Positions 10,178-19,181 of a stretch of DNA of 64,000 bases are shown here, piece after piece. Location of the stretch: the NCBI GenBank assembly GCA_045863335.1, contig BTVY01000019.1:6939-70938 (forward strand), read 5' to 3'. The notes under the pieces are model-generated. The model made no database searches. It saw nothing but the letters and a program-made list of their open reading frames with translations, and had not been told where the DNA came from. This stretch comes from Candidatus Hydrogenedentota bacterium (GTDB taxonomy: Bacteria; Hydrogenedentota; Hydrogenedentia; Hydrogenedentales; SLHB01). Both the position numbers and the translations under genes were made by a program. Position 1 is the stretch's first letter, and each line of letters begins with the position of its first letter.

Positions 10178-10206
10178 TTGCGTCAATTGAATGCGCGGTC
10201 TATCAT
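10178..10206 (+). promoter_or_regulatory. Candidate sigma70-type promoter for the plus-strand GT2 gene
   Basis: TTGCGT (10178-10183), a 17-nt spacer, then TATCAT (10201-10206), about 30 nt upstream of the GTG at 10237. Pattern match only. Confidence 0.35.
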
Positions 10207-10236
10207 GGCGCGGCTTCCAAACGATGACGAGGTAAT

Positions 10237-11265
10237 GTGACTGCCGAACAAGACAACCTTGGACGAGAGACAGTCGAGACCGAAACTGTCGCATCCGACG
10301 GAATCGACGTGTCTTTCGTGGTGATTGGCTTCAATGAGGCGCTACATCTGCGTGCCTGTTTGGAGTCCGTCCGGAACGCCGACCTTGAGGGGCTCCGGTA
10401 CGAACTGATCTACGTGGACGGGGGATCGAGCGACGACAGCATGGCCATCGCCCGGGAGTGCGGCGTCGATCTCATCCTGGGTGGCGAGCGGCGGCGGCGC
10501 GCCGCCGAGAACCGCAATCTCGGCGCTTCCCGGTCGCGCGGCACCTACATTCAGTTTCTCGACGGCGATATGCAGCTCGAACCCACCTGGCCAAAGCGCG
10601 CCAAGGCGTATCTGGAAGGGCGGCCGGTGGTGGCTGTCGTGTGCGGGCGTTTGCTCGAAGTCAACCGGGGCTATCTGTTCCAGGTCATTCAGCTCGACTG
10701 GGTCCAGCGCGAAGGCGCCGTGGAGACCTGCGGCGGCGCGGCCCTGTTTCGCCGCGAACCGTTTCAGCAAGCGGGCGCCTTTCCCGAAGACGTGGCGTAC
10801 GGGGAGGAACCGCTGCTTTGCTGGCGCATCCGCAACCAACTCAAGATGGAAGTCCACTTCTGGATCGAGCCGATGGCGCTCCACGACATCGGGTTCTCCG
10901 GGTTCAGGGACTACTGGAAGCAGTATCGCCGGAATGGCGCTACCTATATCGAGATCGCGGCTCGGTGCGCCGGCACTGAGGACCCCTATTGGACACGCGA
11001 CACGGTGACAAACTTCGCGTGGGCCTCAGGCATACTGGCCGTGATCGCGTTTCTTCTTGCGGGAAACGCCACGGTGCGCATTGGAATCGCGCTGCTCATC
11101 CTTCTGATCGGCCTGCGGAAGATCATCCAAACCCGCCGCCGCGGCGTGTCCTGGGCGATCGCGCTGGGCTATACCGCCCATGTGTACGGATCGAAGATTC
11201 CCCTCGCGTGGGGGCAGCTTCGCTGGCTCGTGGAACGGGCGTTTCGGGGCGCTAAGACACAGTAG
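10237..11265 (+). CDS. Glycosyltransferase family 2 with C-terminal TM helices
   Basis: 342-aa ORF with a GTG start preceded by GAGG. GT2 core motifs are VSFVVIGFNEA and FLDGDM. It is divergent from the other GT2 gene. Confidence 0.85.
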   Translation: MTAEQDNLGRETVETETVASDGIDVSFVVIGFNEALHLRACLESVRNADLEGLRYELIYVDGGSSDDSMAIARECGVDLILGGERRRRAAENRNLGASRSRGTYIQFLDGDMQLEPTWPKRAKAYLEGRPVVAVVCGRLLEVNRGYLFQVIQLDWVQREGAVETCGGAALFRREPFQQAGAFPEDVAYGEEPLLCWRIRNQLKMEVHFWIEPMALHDIGFSGFRDYWKQYRRNGATYIEIAARCAGTEDPYWTRDTVTNFAWASGILAVIAFLLAGNATVRIGIALLILLIGLRKIIQTRRRGVSWAIALGYTAHVYGSKIPLAWGQLRWLVERAFRGAKTQ

Positions 11266-11396
11266 GCTTCGCCCTGGTTTTCAGCGACCCCCGTTTTGTG
11301 TATACTCGTGGGCGCAAGAGATCACCCGTGGACCCCACCATACGAAGAGCCATCGTTAGCCACGGGAGGCAGCCGGGAAATGGAGAAGAATGACCG

Positions 11397-12851
11397 GTGC
11401 TGAATTTTAGCGCGTACGATCCCGAAGGATTCTATGATGAACTGTTTGCCGGCAAAGGCCAGGCCCGGCCTGGCGCCGAGGTGCTGGTTCATAAGATCAA
11501 TTCGCTTCGGGACGAGGAACTCCGGCAACGCCAGTCGGCCGCCGAACAGGCCCTGTATCACATGGGCATTACCTTCAATGTCTATGGGGATGGCGCCGGC
11601 ACGGAGCGCATTTTCCCCTTCGACCTGATCCCGCGGATTGTCGAAGCCCATGAATGGGACTGGATCGAGCGCGGCTTGAAACAGCGTATCCGTTCGCTCA
11701 ACCTGTTCATCGACGACATCTATCACGACCAGAAGATCCTCAAAGACAAGGTCATTCCGGAGCATGTCATCCAATCGGCGACTTCGTTCCGGAAGCAGTG
11801 CGTTGGACTGAATCCTCGCCACAACGTCTGGTGCCATGTCACGGGAACCGACCTCGTCCGTGACAAGGACGGTCAAGTTTACGTGCTCGAAGACAACTTG
11901 CGTTGTCCGTCCGGCGTTTCCTACGTGCTGGAGAACCGCGACATCATGAAGCGGACGTTTCCGCAGGTGTTCGAGGCGTCCAACGTCCGGCCTGTTGTGG
12001 ACTATCCGATGCGCCTGTTGGACATGCTCCAGCACATGGCGCCGCCGAACGTGGCTCGCCCGAAGGTCGTGGTGCTGACGCCCGGCGTCTATAACTCGGC
12101 CTATTTCGAACATTCTTTTCTGGCGCAGCAGATGGGCGTCGAATTGGTCGAAGGCCGGGATCTCATTGTCGACGACGGCTTCGTGCAAATGCGCACGACC
12201 AAGGGATACGAAAGGGTCGACGTCATCTACCGCCGCATCGACGACGACTTTATCGATCCCCAGACCTTCCGCGCGGATTCGATGCTCGGTGTACCGGGGC
12301 TTATGGATGCGTACCGCGCGGGCCATGTGGCGCTCGCGAACGCGCCCGGCACGGGCATCGCCGACGACAAGGTGGTCTACGCGTACGTGCCGAAGATCAT
12401 CCAGTACTACCTTGGAGAAGAGGCGATAATTCCGAACGTCCCGACCTACGTATGCTGGGACGAGAAGGAACAATCCCACGTGCTGGCCAACCTGGACAAG
12501 TATGTGGTCAAGGCCGCCAACGAATCCGGCGGGTACGGCATGCTCGTGGGGCCTCATGCGACCGATGAAGACCGCGCGAAGTTCGCCGATCTGATTCGCG
12601 CCAATCCGAGGAACTACATCGGACAACCCACGTTGTCGTTGTCGCGGGTGCCCACCATCGTTGACGATCACTTCGAAGGGCGCCACGTCGACCTGCGGCC
12701 TTATATCCTCTATGGCGAGGACATCTACGTCTTGCCCGGCGGTCTTACGCGCGTTGCGCTGAAGAAAGGGTCGCTCGTGGTGAATTCCTCCCAAGGCGGT
12801 GGCAGCAAGGACACGTGGGTCGTAAACAGCGCGCCTTCCGCCAAATCGTGA
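11397..12851 (+). CDS. Circularly permuted ATP-grasp type 2 protein (COG2308-like)
   Basis: 484-aa ORF with a GTG start preceded by GGAGAAG. The sequence is typical of this family throughout (…ITFNVYGDGAGTERIFPFDLIPRIV…VLEDNLRCPSGVSYVLENR…). Confidence 0.85.
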   Translation: MLNFSAYDPEGFYDELFAGKGQARPGAEVLVHKINSLRDEELRQRQSAAEQALYHMGITFNVYGDGAGTERIFPFDLIPRIVEAHEWDWIERGLKQRIRSLNLFIDDIYHDQKILKDKVIPEHVIQSATSFRKQCVGLNPRHNVWCHVTGTDLVRDKDGQVYVLEDNLRCPSGVSYVLENRDIMKRTFPQVFEASNVRPVVDYPMRLLDMLQHMAPPNVARPKVVVLTPGVYNSAYFEHSFLAQQMGVELVEGRDLIVDDGFVQMRTTKGYERVDVIYRRIDDDFIDPQTFRADSMLGVPGLMDAYRAGHVALANAPGTGIADDKVVYAYVPKIIQYYLGEEAIIPNVPTYVCWDEKEQSHVLANLDKYVVKAANESGGYGMLVGPHATDEDRAKFADLIRANPRNYIGQPTLSLSRVPTIVDDHFEGRHVDLRPYILYGEDIYVLPGGLTRVALKKGSLVVNSSQGGGSKDTWVVNSAPSAKS

Positions 12852-12906
12852 CACGACCGAATCGCACCGGCTTTTGCGGCCGGCGCGGGCAAGGAGATAC
12901 CAATCC

Positions 12907-13869
12907 ATGTTGAGCCGAGTGGCCGACTCGATTTACTGGATGAGCCGCTACGTCGAGCGGGCGGAGAATGTGGCCCGTTTCATCGACGTGAATTTGCACC
13001 TTCACTTGGACTTGCCCACGGGCGAACAGTGGGAGCCCATGGTGTACACGACGGGCGACTATGCCGTCTTCAGAGAGCGGTTTGGCGAGGCCACACGCGA
13101 GAAGGTCATTCACTTCCTGGCGTTCGACCGAGACAACCCCAACTCCATCTGGTCCTGCTTCCGGTCGGCGCGTGAAAACGCCCGGTCCGTGCGCGAGATC
13201 ATTCCTTCCGAAATATGGGAGCAGGTCAATACGGCCTATCTGATGGTGGACGATGCCGCCCGGCGCAACGCGATTATGGAGTCGCCCCACGAGTTCTTCA
13301 CGCAGGTGAAAATGGCCAGCCACCTGTTTACGGGGCTGACGGTGACCTGCATGCCCCACGGCGAAGTGTGGCACTTTTGCCGGCTCGGGCGATTGTTGGA
13401 ACGCGCGGACAAGACGTCCCGAATTCTCGACGTAAAGTATTTCCTGCTCTTACCGTCTGCCGCGGACGTGGGAACCACCTTTGACTCGATCCAGTGGTCT
13501 GCGTTGCTGCGGTCGGCAAGCGCCTTCGAGGCCTATCGGAAACGTCATGGCCGCATCGCGCCGGAACGGGTCGTTGAGTTCTTGCTGTTCGATCGCGAGT
13601 TCCCGCGCGCGGTGTTGTACTGCCTCGACCGCGCGCAGGATTCCCTGCACGCGATCTCAAACGTCCCGGAAGGCACCTACTCGAACATCGCCGAGAAGCG
13701 ATGCGGCCGCTTGCTTTCCGAACTCGCCTATACCGACGTGGCGGACATCATTGCCTCCGGATTGCATGAGTTTTGCGACGACTTCCAGGCGAAGCTGAAT
13801 CGTGTCGGCGAGGCGATTTTCGAAACGTATTTTGCCTTGCATCCCGTCGGCGCGTCTTCGAATGAGTGA
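12907..13869 (+). CDS. Alpha-E domain protein (COG2307-like)
   Basis: The start was chosen at ATG 12907, giving MLSRVADSIYWMSRYVERAENVARF, the characteristic N-terminus of this family. The ORF track begins earlier, at 12874. Confidence 0.85.
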   Translation: MLSRVADSIYWMSRYVERAENVARFIDVNLHLHLDLPTGEQWEPMVYTTGDYAVFRERFGEATREKVIHFLAFDRDNPNSIWSCFRSARENARSVREIIPSEIWEQVNTAYLMVDDAARRNAIMESPHEFFTQVKMASHLFTGLTVTCMPHGEVWHFCRLGRLLERADKTSRILDVKYFLLLPSAADVGTTFDSIQWSALLRSASAFEAYRKRHGRIAPERVVEFLLFDREFPRAVLYCLDRAQDSLHAISNVPEGTYSNIAEKRCGRLLSELAYTDVADIIASGLHEFCDDFQAKLNRVGEAIFETYFALHPVGASSNE

Positions 13870-13883
13870 CGTGGGATAAGCGC

Positions 13884-14729
13884 ATGATCTTCCACGTCGA
13901 GCACGCAACGCGCTACGTGTACAGCCAGCCGGTCGTGCTGGAGCCTCACGTGGTCCGGCTGCGTCCGCGGAGCGATGCGGGCCAGCGATTGATGCAGTAT
14001 ACGTTGGCCGTCGATCCCCTGCCGCGGGGGATGACGCAATGCATCGACCTGGATGGCGACACAACCTCGCATATGTGGTTTGGCGGTGAAACGGACTCCC
14101 TGACCATTGTGTCAACGTTTTCCGTGGAGACCTTGCGCAACAACCCCTACGATTTCATCGTGACCGACCCCGGCGCGATGCGCTTACCCATGCGCATCGA
14201 CGGCAGCTTCGGTCACGCCCTTGCCCACTACCGCAAACGGCCGCGCGCGAGCCGCGACGTCGATCAATTTGTCCGTGACGTAACGTCGAAGGCAGGGGAG
14301 GAGACCATTCCGTTTCTCTCCACGCTCAACGCGACAATCTACGAACGGTCGCGCAAAATCATCCGTGAGACGGGACCTCCGCATCCACCGGAACAAACCC
14401 TTATGGAACGCGCCGGCTCCTGCCGGGATCTTGCGGTTCTTTTCATGGATGCCTGCCGCGCGGTGGGCATACCAGCGCGATTCGCGAGCGGATATTGGCA
14501 CGCCGAGTCCGAGCGCGAGAAGCGGCACATGCATGCCTGGGTCGAAGTCTATCTCCCCGGCGGTGGGTGGCGGGGATTCGATCCGTCCAAAGGACTTGCC
14601 GTTGCGGACGAGCATGTTGCCGTTGCCGCGGCTGCGGAACCTGCCGACGCGGCGCCGGTGAGCGGAACTTTCCGCGGAACCGGCGCGACGGCGACCATGT
14701 CTACCGAGTTGAATATCCACTACGATTGA
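13884..14729 (+). CDS. Transglutaminase-like cysteine protease family protein with Bact_transglu_N-type N-terminus
   Basis: It starts MIFHVEHATRYVYSQPV. The Cys-His-Asp triad context is GSCRDLA, HAWVEVY, GFDPS. The start was chosen at ATG 13884; the track ORF begins at 13866. Confidence 0.85.
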   Translation: MIFHVEHATRYVYSQPVVLEPHVVRLRPRSDAGQRLMQYTLAVDPLPRGMTQCIDLDGDTTSHMWFGGETDSLTIVSTFSVETLRNNPYDFIVTDPGAMRLPMRIDGSFGHALAHYRKRPRASRDVDQFVRDVTSKAGEETIPFLSTLNATIYERSRKIIRETGPPHPPEQTLMERAGSCRDLAVLFMDACRAVGIPARFASGYWHAESEREKRHMHAWVEVYLPGGGWRGFDPSKGLAVADEHVAVAAAAEPADAAPVSGTFRGTGATATMSTELNIHYD

Positions 14730-14767
14730 GCGCGTCCGTTTTTTCTTCTTCTTGTCCATCCAATTCC

Positions 14768-14776
14768 TGCTATAAT
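14768..14776 (+). promoter_or_regulatory. Extended -10 promoter element (TGcTATAAT)
   Basis: A perfect TATAAT at 14771-14776 is preceded by TGC at 14768-14770, about 75 nt upstream of the DUF2892 start. No good -35 is present. Pattern match only. Confidence 0.4.
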
Positions 14777-14850
14777 GATTCTTGCCGAAAGAGTCGAGCC
14801 ATCGTTCAACGGGGTATCGGGAATCCCGGTTTCGGCAGGGGGGCAGTCAC

Positions 14851-15069
14851 ATGACGGTTGAGCGCGCGCTTCGCGCAATCGCGGGGGCTTTCATTCTGGC
14901 GAGTGTGATTCTCGCCGTCCTTCATTCCACGTACTGGTTATACTTCACCGGATTCGTCGGGCTGAATCTGTTTCAGTCCGGTTTCACCAACTGGTGTCCC
15001 ATGGTCTGGATTCTGGAAAAGGCCGGGCTGCGCCGGGAGGGAGCGCAGGCTGGTTCGCAGCCCGCTTAA
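14851..15069 (+). CDS. DUF2892 (YgaP-like) small membrane protein
   Basis: ATG at 14851 follows AGGGGGG. The 72-aa product has two TM helices and the conserved …GFTNWCPMVWILEKAG motif. Confidence 0.8.
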   Translation: MTVERALRAIAGAFILASVILAVLHSTYWLYFTGFVGLNLFQSGFTNWCPMVWILEKAGLRREGAQAGSQPA

Positions 15070-15170
15070 CCGAGCGTTTTTGGCCCTCCCTCTCCCACTC
15101 CCGGTTAACCGAACCCCCTGGACTGGCCGGGAGTACCCGGAAGCGCAACGCATCCGGGCGGAGGGTTCGC

Positions 15171-15233
15171 GGGACGGGACCGCACCAGAGAGGAGCTCGC
15201 CGGCTGGCGAGGGATCTTGTGCGGTCCCGTTCC
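15171..15233 (+). other. Long composite hairpin in the 400-bp spacer upstream of the RND gene
   Basis: A 15-bp outer stem (15171-15185 with 15219-15233, one G-U) encloses a perfect CTCGCC-GGCT-GGCGAG hairpin (15196-15211). No U-tract follows. Confidence 0.5.
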
Positions 15234-15470
15234 GCTGTTTACCGATTCGTACCCCCCGAAGTCTCGGGCGGAGTATGATGTTTTGAACACCGGCACAACG
15301 TGTATGAGTTTTCATACTAGAATTGTCTGGAGCCGAAAACGGGGTTCTGCGGTAAAGAATTGGAGTCCAGCCAATTACAGATTACCGGAGTATTCTCTCG
15401 CTGTGGCATCAATTATGCTCGATCCTACGCGGAACGACATGTGAATTGACGACGTACGTTTGGAGAAACC

Positions 15471-18341
15471 GTGATGAAACTCGGCGACACGCTGACCCAT
15501 TACGCGACTGAACATCCGCGATCGGTGACGGGCTTGATCGTTGCGATTGCGATCGTTCTCGCGACCTTGGCTGCACTTCCCTCTGTTTGGCCTGCGGCGT
15601 TTCCTATTCTGCACCCCGTTGACGTGGACACCGATCCCGAGAACATGCTCAGCCATGACGAGGCGGTGCGCGTCTTTCATGACGATATGAAAGAACTTCT
15701 CTCCCTGTACGACATGGTAGTGCTCGGGGTCGTGAATGAGACCCATCCGGATGGCGTGTTCAATCCGGAGTCCCTTCAAATCATTTACGAATTAACCGAA
15801 TATGCAAAGACGCTGCGCGGCGAGACGCTGGGTGTCAATGATCCGGGCGCCGGTGTGGTGGATGTGGACCTCATCGCCCCGTCGGTGGTGGACAATATCG
15901 AGCAGGCCGGACCGGGCACCGTGCGCTTCGAATGGCTCATGGCGGAACCTCCGAGCACGCCGGAGGAAGCGCTTGCCATTCGGCACAAGGCGGAGCGCAT
16001 TCCGTTCTTGAATGGGACCATGATCTCCGAGGATGGCAAGGCCATCTGTCTGTATCTGCCGCTGACATCCAAGGATCTCAGCTACCGCGTCTACTCGAAG
16101 TTGCGCGATCGGGTCGCCGGGTTCGAAGGGGACGACCAGTTCTACATCACCGGCCTTCCAGTCGCGGAAGATACGTTTGGTGTGGAAATGTTCATTCAGA
16201 TGGCCATCTCCGCGCCGCTCGCCATGCTCGTTATCTTCCTGCTCATGTTGTTTTTCTTCCGCAAGCTCGTGCTCGTAATTGCGCCCATGATCGTGGCCAT
16301 GTTGACTGTGATCTGCACGATGGGCCTGCTCATCGTAACGGGCAATACCATCCATATCATGAGTTCCATGATCCCCATCTTCCTCATGCCCATTGCGGTG
16401 CTCGATTCCATCCATATCCTGTCGGAGTTCTTTGACCGCTACCAGGAAACCCGGGACCGCAAGAAGACCATCTGGCACGTGATGGATACGTTGCACGGGC
16501 CGATGCTTTACACCTCGTTGACCTCCGCCGCAGGGTTCGGTTCGCTGGCGCTTACGCCGATTCCGCCCGTTCAGGTCTTCGGAGTGTTCGTGGCTATGGG
16601 CGTGATGATGGCGTGGCTGTATACGGTCGTGCTTGTGCCCGCTTACGTGATGTTTATCCCTGACCGCTCCCTCGAAAATTTTGGTATGAAGCACACCTCC
16701 GGCGAGGACGATGCGGCGCCCAAGACTGTGATGAGCCGCTTCCTCGCGTCGGCGGGTGAGCTGACTTACCGCCGCGCCAAGCTCATATTGGTGATATCGA
16801 TCATCGCCGTGATCGTGGCGGGCTACGGGATCAGTCAGATCCAGATCAATGACAACCCGACCAAGTGGTTCCGCCAGTCTCATCCGATTCGCGTGGCGGA
16901 CAAAGTGTTGAACGAGCACTTCGGCGGCACCTACATGGCCTATCTTGCGCTGTATCCGAGCGGCGTCGATCCCACTACGCTCGTCGCGAAAGCCCCAGAA
17001 GATGTGCCCGACGGGCCGGAAACGGCCGGCGCGCCGGCTGACGCAGCGCCCGGTCTCCCCGCAGGACTCGGCGATAGCGCCGCAGCGCCGGGTCTTCCGG
17101 CGGGCCTCGGCGAAACCGGCGAACCGGGTTTGCCCGCAGGACTGGGCGGCGCGGAGACATCCGAACCGGCCCCGGCGGCTGCGGAGGAAACGCCAGCAGC
17201 GGGCGGCCCTGAGGTGTTCAAAGATCCCGAGGTGCTCCGGTATCTCGAAGGGTTGCAGGAATACTTGTTGACCACCGGCGTCGTGGGGAAATCGAATTCG
17301 CTGGCGGATATCGTGAAGACCGTCCACCGCGAACTCATCGACGGCACGGACGCGCAGTTCCGTATCCCCGATTCGCCCGGCGCTGTGGCGCAATGCCTCA
17401 TGCAGTATCAAAGCAGCCACCGGCCGCAGGATCTCTGGCATTTCGTGACGCCGGACTACCAACTCACCAGCCTTTGGGTGCAGTTGAGGAGCGGCGACAA
17501 TAAGGACATGGAGCGCGTGGTGGCTTCGGTAGAAACGTACTTTGCCGAGAATCCGCCGCCCGGCAACCTGGATCATCAGTGGTTTGGGCTGACCTACATC
17601 AACGTCATCTGGCAGGACAAGATGGTCAGCGGCATGCTGCAGTCGTTCCTCGGGAGTTTTCTCGTGGTGCTGCTCATGATGATCGTGCTGTTCCGTTCGG
17701 CCCTTTGGGGATTGATCTCGATGATCCCGTTGACGATCACCATCGGCCTCATCTACGGCGTCATCGGTCTCATCGGCAAGGACTACGATATGCCTGTTGC
17801 GGTGCTTTCGTCGCTCACCCTGGGTTTGGCCGTAGACTTCGCGATCCACTTCCTCTCCCGTGCGCGGACCATGTACGAGAAGTATGGATCGTGGGACGCG
17901 ACGCACAGCCACGTGTTCGGCGAGCCGGCGCGGGCGATCGCGCGAAACGTGATCGTTATCGCGGTAGGGTTCCTGCCGCTACTGGCGGCGCCGCTTGTGC
18001 CGTACAACACGGTGGGCGTGTTTCTGGCGGCAATTCTGTTCGTATCAGGTATCGCGACATTGATGATACTTCCGTCCCTGCTGCGGTTGCTCGAACCGCT
18101 TCTGTTCGTGCGGTCGGCGAAGATCGCGTTTACTTGCAAATGCGGCACCTGCATCGCCGCGTCTGTGACTATGGTGGCGTTGGTGGCCGTGAACATTCAC
18201 CAGTTCATGCACGTGGGCTACACGGCCATGACCTGGACGAGCCTGATCGCCATCCTGGCGATGGGAGCGGTTTGCTTCGTCCTTTCACGCCGCAAGAGCT
18301 GCCGCATTTCAGAGGACACGACCCAACAGAACGTTTCATAA
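15471..18341 (+). CDS. RND superfamily transporter (MMPL/HpnN-like, 12-TM with two periplasmic loops)
   Basis: 956-aa ORF with two homologous TM bundles (…MIPIFLMPIAVLDSIHILSEF… and …LTLGLAVDFAIHFLSR…). The second periplasmic loop carries a Pro/Ala/Gly/Glu-rich insert. Confidence 0.9.
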   Translation: MMKLGDTLTHYATEHPRSVTGLIVAIAIVLATLAALPSVWPAAFPILHPVDVDTDPENMLSHDEAVRVFHDDMKELLSLYDMVVLGVVNETHPDGVFNPESLQIIYELTEYAKTLRGETLGVNDPGAGVVDVDLIAPSVVDNIEQAGPGTVRFEWLMAEPPSTPEEALAIRHKAERIPFLNGTMISEDGKAICLYLPLTSKDLSYRVYSKLRDRVAGFEGDDQFYITGLPVAEDTFGVEMFIQMAISAPLAMLVIFLLMLFFFRKLVLVIAPMIVAMLTVICTMGLLIVTGNTIHIMSSMIPIFLMPIAVLDSIHILSEFFDRYQETRDRKKTIWHVMDTLHGPMLYTSLTSAAGFGSLALTPIPPVQVFGVFVAMGVMMAWLYTVVLVPAYVMFIPDRSLENFGMKHTSGEDDAAPKTVMSRFLASAGELTYRRAKLILVISIIAVIVAGYGISQIQINDNPTKWFRQSHPIRVADKVLNEHFGGTYMAYLALYPSGVDPTTLVAKAPEDVPDGPETAGAPADAAPGLPAGLGDSAAAPGLPAGLGETGEPGLPAGLGGAETSEPAPAAAEETPAAGGPEVFKDPEVLRYLEGLQEYLLTTGVVGKSNSLADIVKTVHRELIDGTDAQFRIPDSPGAVAQCLMQYQSSHRPQDLWHFVTPDYQLTSLWVQLRSGDNKDMERVVASVETYFAENPPPGNLDHQWFGLTYINVIWQDKMVSGMLQSFLGSFLVVLLMMIVLFRSALWGLISMIPLTITIGLIYGVIGLIGKDYDMPVAVLSSLTLGLAVDFAIHFLSRARTMYEKYGSWDATHSHVFGEPARAIARNVIVIAVGFLPLLAAPLVPYNTVGVFLAAILFVSGIATLMILPSLLRLLEPLLFVRSAKIAFTCKCGTCIAASVTMVALVAVNIHQFMHVGYTAMTWTSLIAILAMGAVCFVLSRRKSCRISEDTTQQNVS
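17049..17147 (+). repeat. Three in-frame copies of PGLPAGLG(D/E/G) inside the RND gene
   Basis: Near-identical 24-nt units occur at 17049, 17088 and 17124 (ccgggtctNccNgcNggNctcggc). Confidence 0.9.
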
Positions 18342-18376
18342 GGACTGGACCCTTACGGGTCCGAGGAGGATAGAAC

Positions 18377-19174
18377 ATGCGTACGTTAACTCGAATTATT
18401 CTGGCGTCGGTCTTGCCGGCATTTTTCATCGTGAGCGTGCAGGCGCAAGAAACGCCTTCGGTGGACGAGATCGTCCAGAAGACGAATCACATGTCGTACT
18501 ACCAAGGCAAAGACGGCCGCGCCCGCGTGAAGATGACGATCACCGATGGGCAAGGGCGCGCGCGTGTGAAGGAGTTCACCATTCTGCGCTTGAACCGCGA
18601 CGAGGTGGACCAGGAACAGGCGTTTTACGTCTATTTCCATGAGCCGGCGGACGAGCGCGGCGTGGTGTTCATGGTGTGGAAACACGTGGGCAAAGACGAT
18701 GACCGGTGGTTGTACCTGCCCGCACTGGACGTGACGAAACGGATCGCCGCGTCGGATAAGCGGACGAGTTTCGTGGGATCGAACTTCTTTTATGAAGACG
18801 TCTCCGGGCGCGGCATCGATGCGGACACTCACGAGTTGGTCGAGACGACCGACACCTACTACGTGCTCAAGAATACCCCGAAGGACCCGAGCACGGTCGA
18901 GTTTGACTCGTTCACCATGTGGATTCACAAAGGCACCTTCATCCCCGTCAAGGTTTCCTACGAGAAAGGCGGCGAAGTCTATCGGGAAACGACAGCCTTG
19001 AAGGTGGACGACGTGCAAGGTTACAAGACCGTTACCAAGTCCAGCATGAAGGACCTGAAAGGCGGCGGAGAAACGGTGCTGGAATACTCATCCGTAGAGT
19101 ACGAGGTGGGGCTTACCGATGACATCTTTACGGAACGGTATCTGCGCAGTGTGCCCCGCGAACTCTTGAAATGA
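18377..19174 (+). CDS. Outer-membrane lipoprotein-sorting (LolA-like) protein
   Basis: 265-aa ORF with a signal peptide (…FFIVSVQAQE). The sequence is typical of the LolA-like family found beside MMPL/RND pumps (…MSYYQGKDGRARVKMTITDGQGRARVKEFTILRL…). GGAGGA precedes the ATG. Confidence 0.8.
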   Translation: MRTLTRIILASVLPAFFIVSVQAQETPSVDEIVQKTNHMSYYQGKDGRARVKMTITDGQGRARVKEFTILRLNRDEVDQEQAFYVYFHEPADERGVVFMVWKHVGKDDDRWLYLPALDVTKRIAASDKRTSFVGSNFFYEDVSGRGIDADTHELVETTDTYYVLKNTPKDPSTVEFDSFTMWIHKGTFIPVKVSYEKGGEVYRETTALKVDDVQGYKTVTKSSMKDLKGGGETVLEYSSVEYEVGLTDDIFTERYLRSVPRELLK

Positions 19175-19181
19175 GGTAGCG

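Noticed and set aside
11322-12908. 528-aa minus-strand ORF
   Set aside because: It is antisense to the circularly permuted ATP-grasp gene, whose product is family-typical along its full length.
14784-14836. Possible riboswitch in the DUF2892 leader (GCCGAAA…TTTCGGC helix enclosing CGGG-AAT-CCCG)
   Set aside because: The structure is short. I could not match it to any riboswitch consensus from memory, and it does not occlude the SD. It is noted only as a possible leader hairpin.
15792-17912. 706-aa minus-strand ORF
   Set aside because: It is antisense to the RND transporter gene. The product is His/Arg/Asp-rich and not membrane-like, so it is a shadow frame.
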